This document shows, in pieces, positions 18,477 through 27,569 of a DNA stretch of 61,307 nucleotides (the stretch's first letter is position 1; each line of letters opens with the position of its first letter). The position numbers and the translations under genes are program-made. The notes under the pieces were generated by a model. That model made no database searches. It was given only the letters and a program-made list of their open reading frames with translations, and was not told the origin of the DNA. Source of the stretch: Thermoplasmata archaeon. Its GTDB lineage: Archaea; Thermoplasmatota; Thermoplasmata; Thermoplasmatales; GCA-001856825. Location: assembly GCA_049966795.1 (NCBI GenBank), contig JBMFTY010000004.1, positions 1 to 61,307 on the forward strand. The letters are read 5' to 3'.

Positions 18477-19833
18477 ATCCTGCGGGATCGTCGCTCTTGC
18501 GGAGCGGATTCCCGTCGGATACAGGTTAGTTCAGTCGCTTCGCATAATACAGCACAGGGGGCAGGAGTCCGCCGGGATATCATTCTTGATCGGCGGCAAG
18601 GCCAAAACGCTGAGGGGGATGGGGCTCGTGAACGAGGTGTTCTCTGGCGTCAAGCTCGATAGGGACGAAGGCCTGGGAATAGGTCACATAAGGTACAGCA
18701 CCGCAGGCTCCTCCGTTATCGAGAATGCGCAGCCCCTCTACGCTAACATAGGGAAATACGAGGTTTCCATCGGCCACAACGGGGAAATAGTGAATGCCCT
18801 TTCCCTGAGGGAGAAGCTTGAGAGCAGGGGCTATTCATTTTCCACGAATTCGGACACGGAAGTTATACTGAAGCTACTCTCCATAGAGCTTTCTAGGACG
18901 GCCGATCCCATAGCGGCCATGAAGGCATCGTTTCGCAGGTTGATCGGTGCATATTCCCTCAATCTCATGATAAACGGAAGGGTGTTCGTAGCCAGGGATC
19001 CGAACGGCATTAGACCTTTGGTCATCGGGACCACGGAATACGGATACGGTGCGGCATCGGAGAGCGTGGTCTTCGACCAGCTTGGGGGGAAGATGGTGAG
19101 GGACGTTTCCCCCGGGGAGATCGTGGAGATAGGGAAGGATGGTTTCACATCCTACAGGTTCTCCGAGGGAGGAAGGGAGGCCCACTGCATGTTTGAATAC
19201 GTCTACTTCGCGAGGCCAGACAGCATGATGGAAGGGAGGAACGTGTTCGAAGTGAGGAACATGCTCGGCAGGATTCTCGCCAGGGAGAGCAGGGTTGAAG
19301 GGGACTGCGTTGTTCCAGTTCCTGATTCGGGAAGGTCGCATGCAATGGGTTACGCGGAGGAATCTGGGATACCTTTCACAGAAGGCCTCATAAAGAACAG
19401 GTACGTCGACAGGACGTTCATCATGCCGGAGCAGAGCGGAAGGGAGAACGAGCTAGACATAAAGCTCAACCCGGTAAGGGGCCTCGTTGCGGGAAAGAGG
19501 GTTGTGCTTGTCGACGACAGCATCATAAGGGGAAACACGATGAGGAAGATAGTGAAGATGCTCAGGAACAGCGGTGCGACGGAGGTGCATGTCAGGGTTG
19601 CCTCTCCTCCCGTGAGATATCCATGCTACCTCGGGATAGACATGAAGACGAAGGAGCAGTTCATCGCTTCCAACAAGAGCGAGGAAGAGATATGCAGGAG
19701 CATCGGTGCCGACAGCCTGAGATATCTCTCACTGGAAGGTCTGATAAAAGCGATAGGCCTAGGAAAGGGAAGGCTCTGTCTTGGCTGCCTAACTGGAAAG
19801 TATCCCGTCAGTATAGCGAAGCGTCACCTGTGA
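18379..19833 (+). CDS. purF: Amidophosphoribosyltransferase (Ntn glutamine amidotransferase, Fe-S type)
   Basis: CGIVAL nucleophile region (Cys codon at 18481), RGQESAGI, HIRYSTAG, the DSGR and VLVDDSIIRGNT PRPP loop, and C-terminal Cys residues (CYLGID...CLGCLTGKYP). The only in-frame starts upstream of the Cys are ATG 18379 and GTG 18424, both inside rpl37e. Confidence 0.92.
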   Translation: MVITPTTSRTKGALTVDIRTPGSEVTAGRSLGESCGIVALAERIPVGYRLVQSLRIIQHRGQESAGISFLIGGKAKTLRGMGLVNEVFSGVKLDRDEGLGIGHIRYSTAGSSVIENAQPLYANIGKYEVSIGHNGEIVNALSLREKLESRGYSFSTNSDTEVILKLLSIELSRTADPIAAMKASFRRLIGAYSLNLMINGRVFVARDPNGIRPLVIGTTEYGYGAASESVVFDQLGGKMVRDVSPGEIVEIGKDGFTSYRFSEGGREAHCMFEYVYFARPDSMMEGRNVFEVRNMLGRILARESRVEGDCVVPVPDSGRSHAMGYAEESGIPFTEGLIKNRYVDRTFIMPEQSGRENELDIKLNPVRGLVAGKRVVLVDDSIIRGNTMRKIVKMLRNSGATEVHVRVASPPVRYPCYLGIDMKTKEQFIASNKSEEEICRSIGADSLRYLSLEGLIKAIGLGKGRLCLGCLTGKYPVSIAKRHL

Positions 19834-20666
19834 TTCCTCTCAAGGAATTTTACTGCATTGTAAAGAAGGGAATTCGCAGGCATCCTCACGTTCATCTCAT
19901 CCCCCAGGGCAAGAAGCTCCCCGGTTATCGCATCTATCTCCGTTCTCCTTCCCGCGTTCAAATCCTGAAGCATGCTGCTGGTGTTCTCCCCCGTCACCCT
20001 GCATGTTTCCTTCACGCTCTTCTCGATCTCAAGGTCGTAGCCCATCTTCCTGAATAGTTCATCAAGCTCTCCGATCGCGGGGTAGGCGATGTTCATCAGA
20101 TTTTCATCCTCCATCACATCCCTGTTCTTCACCCTGAATATGGATGTTATGGGATTTATCACCGCGTTTATCCCTGCCTTTCTGTAGAGTTCTGCGACGA
20201 TGTCATCGACCCATTCCGCGTTAATGCCGCTCTCCCTCAGGAAGGAGATGTCCAGAGTTCCCTCCCCTCCAACCCTGAAGTAACCCATGCCCGTTATCTC
20301 CGAAACCCCCCTCCCCTGCGTTCTCGCGGCTAGGGTCGTGACGGCATAGAACTTCCTCATGCCCTTCTTCCTAAATTTCAGATGGGAAAGGCCGTTCTGT
20401 ATGAAAAGAACATCCCCGTTGATGTCCATCCGAAGAACATCCTGAAGGTCGTAGGACTTGACCGCGATAATCGTCAGGTCCGCCTCCCCCGGTTCCTCCG
20501 TCAAGGTTGCGTTTACCCTCCTTCTTGATCCTTCGTGTATCGCCTCTATTCTCCCAAATTCTCCCCTCGTTCCCTTCCTCACAATGAGGGATACCTCATT
20601 TCTACCTGAGAGAAAATAGGAAAGGGCTATGCCCATGGCCCCGGCACCTATCACGTTAATCTTCAT
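19824..20666 (-). CDS. panE: 2-dehydropantoate 2-reductase family (ApbA/PanE) oxidoreductase
   Basis: 280 aa. MKINVIGAGAMGIALSYFLS Rossmann N-terminus and overall ApbA/PanE architecture. ATGA overlap with the iorB stop. Confidence 0.75.
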   Translation of the reverse strand: MKINVIGAGAMGIALSYFLSGRNEVSLIVRKGTRGEFGRIEAIHEGSRRRVNATLTEEPGEADLTIIAVKSYDLQDVLRMDINGDVLFIQNGLSHLKFRKKGMRKFYAVTTLAARTQGRGVSEITGMGYFRVGGEGTLDISFLRESGINAEWVDDIVAELYRKAGINAVINPITSIFRVKNRDVMEDENLMNIAYPAIGELDELFRKMGYDLEIEKSVKETCRVTGENTSSMLQDLNAGRRTEIDAITGELLALGDEMNVRMPANSLLYNAVKFLERNHR

Positions 20667-21253
20667 GCTGATCTCTGCTGCGGCATCGGCACCAGTTTCT
20701 TCCCCTCTTCGAACGCCCTGATGTTCACGTCCCAGTATTTGCTGCCTATCGTCTGCTTTATCGCATTTTTTATCGAATCTTCGGAGAGAGGAAGCATGCC
20801 CGTTGAATACAGCGCGCCAGCCATGATCGTGTTCACAACCCTCTTGTTTCCGAGCTCCATTGCAAGCGCATCAGCTTCTATGAACATGGCCCCCCTCCTC
20901 TCCAGCTCCCTCGCCGGTTCCTCAGGATACTCTTTCGCGCTTACTATGAGGGGAATGGGGTGTATCCTTCTCCTGTTCACTATTATCATGGCACCCTCCC
21001 TTAGCTTGTGGAGATTCCTTGCCGCCTCAAGCTCCTCGAACCCAAGAAGCACGTCCCCCCTTCCTTCGGGTATTATCGCGCTCTTGTAATCCCCTATCCT
21101 CACCTCAACGGAAATCCTCCCTCCCCTCTGGGCCATGCCGTGGAGTTCCGTCATGAGGACATTCTTCCCCTCGAAGACTGCAGCCCTGCCTATGAGGTTG
21201 GCCACGGTTATCACGCCCTGTCCGCCAACTCCAGCCAGGACAATTGAAACCAT
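20663..21253 (-). CDS. iorB: Indolepyruvate:ferredoxin oxidoreductase, beta subunit
   Basis: Start taken at MVSIVLAGVGGQGVITVANLIG (TGATG overlap with the iorA stop at 21251..21255). POR-gamma-like fold typical of IorB. Confidence 0.85.
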   Translation of the reverse strand: MVSIVLAGVGGQGVITVANLIGRAAVFEGKNVLMTELHGMAQRGGRISVEVRIGDYKSAIIPEGRGDVLLGFEELEAARNLHKLREGAMIIVNRRRIHPIPLIVSAKEYPEEPARELERRGAMFIEADALAMELGNKRVVNTIMAGALYSTGMLPLSEDSIKNAIKQTIGSKYWDVNIRAFEEGKKLVPMPQQRSA

Positions 21254-23076
21254 CAGGTACCCACCTCTATCGCATGGAACGGGCATACCAGGTCCTCTGC
21301 ACATACACCGCAGCCGTCGCAGAGCTCAGGATCTATGAACACCCTTCCTTCCTTTATGTAGAAGGCTGCGCAGGAGAAATTCTTCACGCAGTTGTAGCAC
21401 AGCCTGCATTTCTCCTGGTCCACCCTGTAGAACTTCATGTCCTTCTGAGCCTTCTTCCTGTCCGCCTCCAAGGCGCATTCCCTCCTGCTTATGACGACTG
21501 CGACATCCTCTGAGTCCAGCGCCTTCTTGAACGTTTCAAGGGATGTTCTGAGATCATAGGGGTCGATTGTGAAGACATCCTTTATACCAATGCCCCTGAC
21601 GACCTTCTCTATGTCCACGCCCCTGAACCCGTCCGAGGTTTCAGGTGTGGGCTGACCTCCTGTCATCGCGGTGGTGGAGTTGTCAAGAATAACGAGGAGG
21701 ATGCTGTGCCTGTTGTGATAAGCATTCACCAGGGCGGGAATGCCTGCGTGGAAAAACGTGCTGTCCCCCATGAATGCAACGATCTTCTGGCCTGAAACAA
21801 GGCTGAAGCCGCTTGCCGAACCCACAGAAGAACCCATGGAAAGGAGGAAATCACCCATGCGGTACGGCTCATAGTACCCAAGGGTGTAGCAGCCTATGTC
21901 CGTCGGGACAACGGGATCCCTGATGCCTTTCTGGCGCATCGCCAGCTTTGCAACGTAATAGGTTGCACGGTGCGGACACCCGGGACAGAGGGCCGGGGGC
22001 CTCTTGTCAAACTCCTCCCCACTGGGTTGTAGGAACCTTATGCCGAAGATTTTTGAGATAACTGAAGCTACCCTGTCAACATTCATCTCGTATTCGTACG
22101 GAACGTAGCCGTTCGCCTTTCCGTAGAACTTCCCTGTGATGCCTGAGAGAGCCGAGAAAGCTAAAACTTGCTCCTCTATGAACGGCCCTCCCTCCTCGAT
22201 GAATATGACCCTTTCAGCCTTCTTTACCTCGTTCACAATGAAATCCCTATCAAGTGGATAGCTCATCCCAATCTTGAGTATGCTGGCATCGATGCCCAAA
22301 ATGTCCAGAGCTTCTGATATGTAGTTGTAAGATGCTCCGGACGTTATTATAAGGACATCTGAATTTCCCTCCAGGCGGTTGAAGAATGACGTTAACTCAC
22401 CCCTAAGAGCGCTGGAAACCCTTGAATTGACCTCTCCTTGGGCAACGGTGGCATTCTCAGGAAGAAGGACCAGGGAACTTCTCCTTGTGAATTTCCACTC
22501 CCTCTTCCCGCTCACGGGGCCCAGCTTCACCGGTGCCCTTATGTGGGAAACCCTTGTAACGCTTCTCACGAGGACAGGCTGCCCCGTCTCCTCCGAAAGG
22601 TCGAAAGCCCTCACAATGAAGTCCTTGAGCTCCTGTGGGTTCGAAGGCTCGAGAACCGGAACCCTCGCAAACTTCCCGAGATACCTGTTATCCTGTTCGT
22701 TCTGGGATGAGTGCATCGAGGGATCGTCGGCCGTGATGACAACCATCCCCCCGTTTATCCCCGACATCGCCAGGGAGACGAAGGAATCCATTGCCACGTT
22801 CAGTCCCACGTGCTTCATGAAGACAACGGACCTTGAGCCTCCGGCTGAGGCGGCCGCAGCTATCTCCAGCGCTACTTTTTCATTTACGGCAAACTCGAAC
22901 TTGATTCCCATCCTTTCCGACATCTCGAAGAGAACGTCCCCTATTTCAGAGCTTGGAGTTCCTGGATACGTGGAGGCAACGGAAACCCCGGCCTCGTAGA
23001 TTCCTCTTGCCGCAGCTTCATTGCCGAGAAGGAACTCGACGGTCCCCTCTTTCCCCATTATCTCGCTGTATGGCAT
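21253..23076 (-). CDS. iorA: Indolepyruvate:ferredoxin oxidoreductase, alpha subunit
   Basis: 607 aa. N-terminal pyrimidine-binding domain (LLGNEAAARG...YPGTPSSEI), TPP-binding GDSTFFHAG, and a C-terminal double 4Fe-4S motif (CRLCYNC...CDGCGVC). Confidence 0.9.
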   Translation of the reverse strand: MPYSEIMGKEGTVEFLLGNEAAARGIYEAGVSVASTYPGTPSSEIGDVLFEMSERMGIKFEFAVNEKVALEIAAAASAGGSRSVVFMKHVGLNVAMDSFVSLAMSGINGGMVVITADDPSMHSSQNEQDNRYLGKFARVPVLEPSNPQELKDFIVRAFDLSEETGQPVLVRSVTRVSHIRAPVKLGPVSGKREWKFTRRSSLVLLPENATVAQGEVNSRVSSALRGELTSFFNRLEGNSDVLIITSGASYNYISEALDILGIDASILKIGMSYPLDRDFIVNEVKKAERVIFIEEGGPFIEEQVLAFSALSGITGKFYGKANGYVPYEYEMNVDRVASVISKIFGIRFLQPSGEEFDKRPPALCPGCPHRATYYVAKLAMRQKGIRDPVVPTDIGCYTLGYYEPYRMGDFLLSMGSSVGSASGFSLVSGQKIVAFMGDSTFFHAGIPALVNAYHNRHSILLVILDNSTTAMTGGQPTPETSDGFRGVDIEKVVRGIGIKDVFTIDPYDLRTSLETFKKALDSEDVAVVISRRECALEADRKKAQKDMKFYRVDQEKCRLCYNCVKNFSCAAFYIKEGRVFIDPELCDGCGVCAEDLVCPFHAIEVGT

Positions 23077-23077
23077 A

Positions 23078-23959
23078 TCACTGCTTCTCCCTCTGCAGCA
23101 GGGACTCCCATCTCTGGTCCACGGCCCTTTGTATTTCCGCTATCTCATCGTCAGTCAAATGGGAGAACCTACCCTGCAAGGATAGATACTCCTTCACAGG
23201 CAGTACCTTGCCTGGCTTGAAAAGTTTGAACTTGCCCTGGAGCGATTCGAACAGTGGGTAGAACTTTGTCTCCACCGCAAGCCTTGATATCTTCACGGTG
23301 TCAGAGGAATTGAAGTACCATCCAGGCGGGCATGGTGCAAGGATCTGGATGTACTTCGGGCCCTTGAATGATTTTGCGATCGAAATCTTTCTCTCCAGAT
23401 CCTCAGGATAGGCGATCGTGGCAGTTGCAACGTACGGAACGCCCTGAGCTATCATCAGTTCCGCCACGTTCTTCTTGTTCTCCCTCTTGTAGTTCCTCCT
23501 GGAGCCAACGGGAGTGGTCGTTGTCCATGCTCCGTAGGGTGTGCTGCCGCTCCTCTGAATGCCTGTGTTCATGTATGCTTCGTTGTCGTACATGATGTAG
23601 AGAACGTTGTGCCCCCTCTCCATAGCAGCGCTCAGGGCCTGAAGGCCTATATCAGCGGTGCCCCCATCCCCCGCGAAACCCACGACGTTGTAGTCCTCCT
23701 TCCCCTCGTAATCCAGCCCCTCCCTTATGCCGGAGATCGTTGCTCCGGTGGATGCGAAAGTTGTGTAGACCAGAGGGATATCAAGGGCCGCGGTGGGATA
23801 CTCTCCGGGTATCACCGCCCAGCACGATGCCGGTATGGACATCACTGTCTTCGGTCCCAGGCCCTTGAGGACATAGCGCATCGCAAGGGCCGCTCCGCAG
23901 CCCGCGCATGCGGTATGCCCCTTCTCCATCAATTCCTCCCTCGGAATGGTGAGTGGCAT
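23078..23959 (-). CDS. porB: 2-oxoacid (pyruvate/2-ketoisovalerate):ferredoxin oxidoreductase, beta subunit
   Basis: 293 aa. CAGCG Fe-S ligand region, TPP-binding GFAGDGGTADIG and NEAYMNTG. Confidence 0.88.
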   Translation of the reverse strand: MPLTIPREELMEKGHTACAGCGAALAMRYVLKGLGPKTVMSIPASCWAVIPGEYPTAALDIPLVYTTFASTGATISGIREGLDYEGKEDYNVVGFAGDGGTADIGLQALSAAMERGHNVLYIMYDNEAYMNTGIQRSGSTPYGAWTTTTPVGSRRNYKRENKKNVAELMIAQGVPYVATATIAYPEDLERKISIAKSFKGPKYIQILAPCPPGWYFNSSDTVKISRLAVETKFYPLFESLQGKFKLFKPGKVLPVKEYLSLQGRFSHLTDDEIAEIQRAVDQRWESLLQREKQ

Positions 23960-25138
23960 CTACTGCACCCCCGCATTTACCCATTTCATTCCCGTGTCCT
24001 TGCTCATGAGATCGTCAAACATGAATTCGAAGTCGTTCACCCTGACATCTCTGCCCCCGAGACCGACCACATAGTTCTTTATCGGGACATCTATCCTTCC
24101 GTAGGCCGCTGAAACCACGTCCTGATACGTTGCCCCCATATATCCGAAGGAGCTGTTCCTTTCCACAACCCCCACGGCCTTCATACCCGATATCACATCC
24201 AAGATATCCTCTCCGGGGAACGGCCTGTAGAAGTAGAGCCTTATGAGGCCTACTTTCCTTCCCTCCCTCCTCAGTTTCCGAACGGTGTATTTGGCCGTTG
24301 AAGAGATGGCACCAGCTGTTATCAGAGCGTAGTCTGCGTCATCAACCATAAATTTCTCTATGAGGCCGGGAATGTTCCCTCCCACCTTCTCGTTGAACTC
24401 CTCTATGGAATCCCTGATGACCCTGAGGTTGTACATGCTTTCCCTTATGTCCTTCTTCATCTCCATGAACGGGCCATTGGGGGATACGAGGGAACCGTAC
24501 CCCATCGGATTCTTCAGATCTATTCTTGATTCCAAGTTCAACTCACCGAGGAACTGTGACACGAGATTTGCATCCCTTATCTCCACGGGCTCCGATGTGT
24601 GAGAGAGCGTGAAGGCATCCAGCATGTTCATCAGCGGAAGCAATATTTTCCTGTTCTCCGCTATCTTATACCCAAGGATTATGCTGTCAAGGGCTTCCTG
24701 GTTGGATTCGCAGTAAATCTGAAGCCAGCCCGTGTCCCTCTGGTTGAAGGTGTCCGTCTGTTCACTCCATATGTTCCAAGGGGGCCCTATGGCCCTGTTA
24801 ACCACCGACATAACAATGGGAAGCCTCATTCCGGCGGCCCAGTGGAGTGCCTCGTGCATGTAAAGGATACCATGGGATGAGGAAGCAGTGAAAGATCTGA
24901 CGCCCGTGAGCTCCCCACCTATCACCGATGACATGGCGCTGTGCTCGCTCTCAACCTCTATGAATTTGGAATTCAATTCACCGTTGGATATCATCTCCGC
25001 AAGCCTTTCCACAATGACTGTCTGCGGAGTTATGGGATATGCGGATATGAGGCCAACCCTGGATAACCTGACACCCTCTGCCACGGCCTCGTTCCCAGTC
25101 ATTATCTTCATGACTGAATTTGCGGACTGCATGCTCAT
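23960..25138 (-). CDS. porA: 2-oxoacid:ferredoxin oxidoreductase, alpha subunit
   Basis: Start taken at MSMQSANSVMKIMTGNEAVAEG (ATGA overlap with the porD stop at 25135..25138). YPITPQT motif. Confidence 0.88.
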   Translation of the reverse strand: MSMQSANSVMKIMTGNEAVAEGVRLSRVGLISAYPITPQTVIVERLAEMISNGELNSKFIEVESEHSAMSSVIGGELTGVRSFTASSSHGILYMHEALHWAAGMRLPIVMSVVNRAIGPPWNIWSEQTDTFNQRDTGWLQIYCESNQEALDSIILGYKIAENRKILLPLMNMLDAFTLSHTSEPVEIRDANLVSQFLGELNLESRIDLKNPMGYGSLVSPNGPFMEMKKDIRESMYNLRVIRDSIEEFNEKVGGNIPGLIEKFMVDDADYALITAGAISSTAKYTVRKLRREGRKVGLIRLYFYRPFPGEDILDVISGMKAVGVVERNSSFGYMGATYQDVVSAAYGRIDVPIKNYVVGLGGRDVRVNDFEFMFDDLMSKDTGMKWVNAGVQ

Positions 25139-25422
25139 TCCTCCCTCACCATCTCTATTGCCGAGAATGGGCACTCGGTGCTGCATATCCCGCACCCCTT
25201 GCAGTGGTCATAGTCTATGGCAGGAGCCTCGAGTGCCTTAAATCTCTGGTTCGGCACTGGAAAATCTCCCCCTGAAACCAGGTCAATGGCTACGTCGGGA
25301 CAATACTTCCAGCATATTCCGCACCTCGTGCATTTCCCATAGTCTATGACGGGCTTTGAAGTTCTCCAGGAGGACATCACATTAGAGCTGGACGGCACAT
25401 AAGCCAGCGGAATTATAGGCAA
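25135..25422 (-). CDS. porD: 2-oxoacid:ferredoxin oxidoreductase, delta subunit (2x[4Fe-4S] ferredoxin)
   Basis: 95 aa with CTRCGICWKYCP and CKGCGICSTECP. Confidence 0.9.
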   Translation of the reverse strand: MPIIPLAYVPSSSNVMSSWRTSKPVIDYGKCTRCGICWKYCPDVAIDLVSGGDFPVPNQRFKALEAPAIDYDHCKGCGICSTECPFSAIEMVREE

Positions 25423-25423
25423 C

Positions 25424-25969
25424 TCAGTTCACCTCCGTCTCCTCGTACGCTTCCTGGACCGCCCTCACGTTCTCCGCCTTCTTGGACGGCACCATCTCGT
25501 ACGTCGCCTTCTTGATCGATTCTATGGATACGGCTCCGCTCACCTTGGCAAAGGAGCCCAGGATTGACGTGTTCACAATGGGATGCGAGGGGTCCCCAAG
25601 ACCGTTTCTAAGCGCTATGCTGGTAGCATCCACGTACCCAACCCTGAACTTTCCGGAATCCTTCACGTCGCCAGTCTTTCCGTTCACTATGATGATTCCA
25701 TCGCTCTTCAGCCCGCTCGTTACATTCACCACGTCCATCAGGGACCTGTCGAGGACTATGACCGCATCCGGTTCATATATCTGGCTCCTCAGTTCTATCT
25801 TGGAATCGTCTATTCTGGTGAAAGCGGTGACTGGCGCGCCCCTTCGCTCTGTTCCGAAGAATGGAAAGGAGGTCACCCATTTGTTCTCATAAAAAGCTGC
25901 TGTGGCCAGTATCTTGGAAGCTGTAACCGCTCCCTGTCCACCCCTTCCGTGGAATCTTACCTCATACAT
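25424..25969 (-). CDS. porG: 2-oxoacid:ferredoxin oxidoreductase, gamma subunit
   Basis: 181 aa. FHGRGGQGAVTASKILA and FGTERRGAP signatures. Confidence 0.9.
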   Translation of the reverse strand: MYEVRFHGRGGQGAVTASKILATAAFYENKWVTSFPFFGTERRGAPVTAFTRIDDSKIELRSQIYEPDAVIVLDRSLMDVVNVTSGLKSDGIIIVNGKTGDVKDSGKFRVGYVDATSIALRNGLGDPSHPIVNTSILGSFAKVSGAVSIESIKKATYEMVPSKKAENVRAVQEAYEETEVN

Positions 25970-26085
25970 AGGCCCACATTTCCGAGATCGCGGGATTCTA
26001 TAAAAGGATACTGAAATTTCTCACGGCACTAAAATTCCCCGGGGGGCAAGGAAAAACGATAATATCAGCTATTCTATCTGAAATC

Positions 26086-26979
26086 GTGGACATCAGGGTG
26101 CTCTTGGATGACATGGTCAGGAGGATGGGTTACAGGACATATCCGGGATTTCCCGATGAATACATTTGGGTCGACCATGGAGATGGGACGGGAGAGGTCA
26201 TAATGCTTCTTGAGGGAAGCGATATTGAAAAGGTCAGGGAATTCCAGTCATCCACCTCCTCCTTTCCAGGGGAGAGGTTCATATTCATTCTAACCGGGAA
26301 AATAGATCCGGAGATACTCTCCTACTGCAAGTATTACAAGATAACTGTGATTCACGAGGATGAGGTGGCGAAAATTCTGGGAAGGGCAGTGATACAGATG
26401 CACCTTGAGAGGCCAAAGGAGAGGAAGAGGGAGAACGGGAGCGAGGAGAAGAGGGAGTACATCACGGTATACCTGGAAGAGGGTGAAAACCCCAAATACA
26501 TAAAACCGACGATTGAGGGACAGGACGTGATAAAGAGCATCGGTCTCAGGCCAGAATTGATATTCGTTCCATATCACTTCTTCTCTTACGCACTGAAGGT
26601 CATGGAGGGGGAGATCGTTGCAGACAGACAGGGAACGCTCATGGTCAACGCCGTCAACGGCAAGGTTTCCAAGTCAATCAACGGTTTCGAGCTGCTCGAG
26701 TCCTGGCCCACCTCGCACAGGGAGATAGAGATGAAATGGGAGCCTCTCCCCTCGCTTGAGAGGGCAAGGAAGTGGCTCAGCGAGAGCATAGAAACTGAGG
26801 TCACCGAAAGGAAGGAGACGGAATCATTCATCATATTCACGAAAAAATCAGTTAGGCCTTTGGAGGACACGATAAAGGTGAAGTTCATAAACACGTGTTT
26901 CTATCCAATTTACTCTTCCTCCGCGGTTGCGATGGACGGATTCACCGGAGAGATAGGTTCGATATCCGATTTTCTGTGA
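26086..26979 (+). CDS. Hypothetical protein with an N-terminal restriction-endonuclease-like (Mrr-cat-like, possibly degenerate) domain, a charged linker and a beta-rich C-terminal domain
   Basis: 297-aa ORF starting at GTG. The N-terminal ~105 aa (MGYRTYP...WVDHGDGTGEVIMLLEGS...FIFILTGKIDPE) loosely follow the PD-(D/E)xK domain order. The linker is KERKRENGSEEKRE. No confident family assignment. Confidence 0.4.
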   Translation: MDIRVLLDDMVRRMGYRTYPGFPDEYIWVDHGDGTGEVIMLLEGSDIEKVREFQSSTSSFPGERFIFILTGKIDPEILSYCKYYKITVIHEDEVAKILGRAVIQMHLERPKERKRENGSEEKREYITVYLEEGENPKYIKPTIEGQDVIKSIGLRPELIFVPYHFFSYALKVMEGEIVADRQGTLMVNAVNGKVSKSINGFELLESWPTSHREIEMKWEPLPSLERARKWLSESIETEVTERKETESFIIFTKKSVRPLEDTIKVKFINTCFYPIYSSSAVAMDGFTGEIGSISDFL

Positions 26980-27014
26980 TTCAGAGGAAAAGGGATAATA
27001 ATCAGTAATTTATA

Positions 27015-27569
27015 TTGAATGGGATATTAATGCAGGACGCAACAGGCGCTGACTTGAAGTTTGTGTTCGACTACGTGAGGCAGAGGAGGGGTATGAGCGG
27101 TGTGAGGAACATGCTCGCAATGCTGAACAGGCCTTCCATTCTCTTCGGAAGCATAGGGGAGATCAGCAGGTCTCAGCTTTATCCGGAGACGATATACAAG
27201 AGGGTGATTGAAACTGCCGCGAACGTTCTCGGAGGTGACGTGAAGACAAGGCTGAACCAGATTGGCTATGCCCTCGGGGACAGGGCAAAGATGACGAAAT
27301 TCATAGCCAAGCTATCGACACCGAGGCAGCTGCTTAGGCTCATTGAAGACTCCGTAATAGCGGATGTTCCGTACGTGAAGGCTTCCCTGAAGGATGCATC
27401 CAAGCACATCGTCATTCTGACCATAGCTGCAAGGAAGGATGGAGAGCAGTTCCTGGATGTAGCGGATGGCTACGTTTCCGCCCTTCTGGACCAGTCAAAC
27501 AGGCAGCTTGCCCCCTCAGACAAGAAGGTCGAGAAGGGGGAGATATCGTACAAATTCGTGATTGGTTGA
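27015..27569 (+). CDS. Hypothetical protein (about 180 aa), unknown family
   Basis: ORF opens at TTG 27015 and the first ATG is at 27030. AT-rich sequence lies upstream. The stop overlaps the TTG start of the enoyl-CoA hydratase gene (TTGA at 27566..27569). Confidence 0.45.
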   Translation: MNGILMQDATGADLKFVFDYVRQRRGMSGVRNMLAMLNRPSILFGSIGEISRSQLYPETIYKRVIETAANVLGGDVKTRLNQIGYALGDRAKMTKFIAKLSTPRQLLRLIEDSVIADVPYVKASLKDASKHIVILTIAARKDGEQFLDVADGYVSALLDQSNRQLAPSDKKVEKGEISYKFVIG

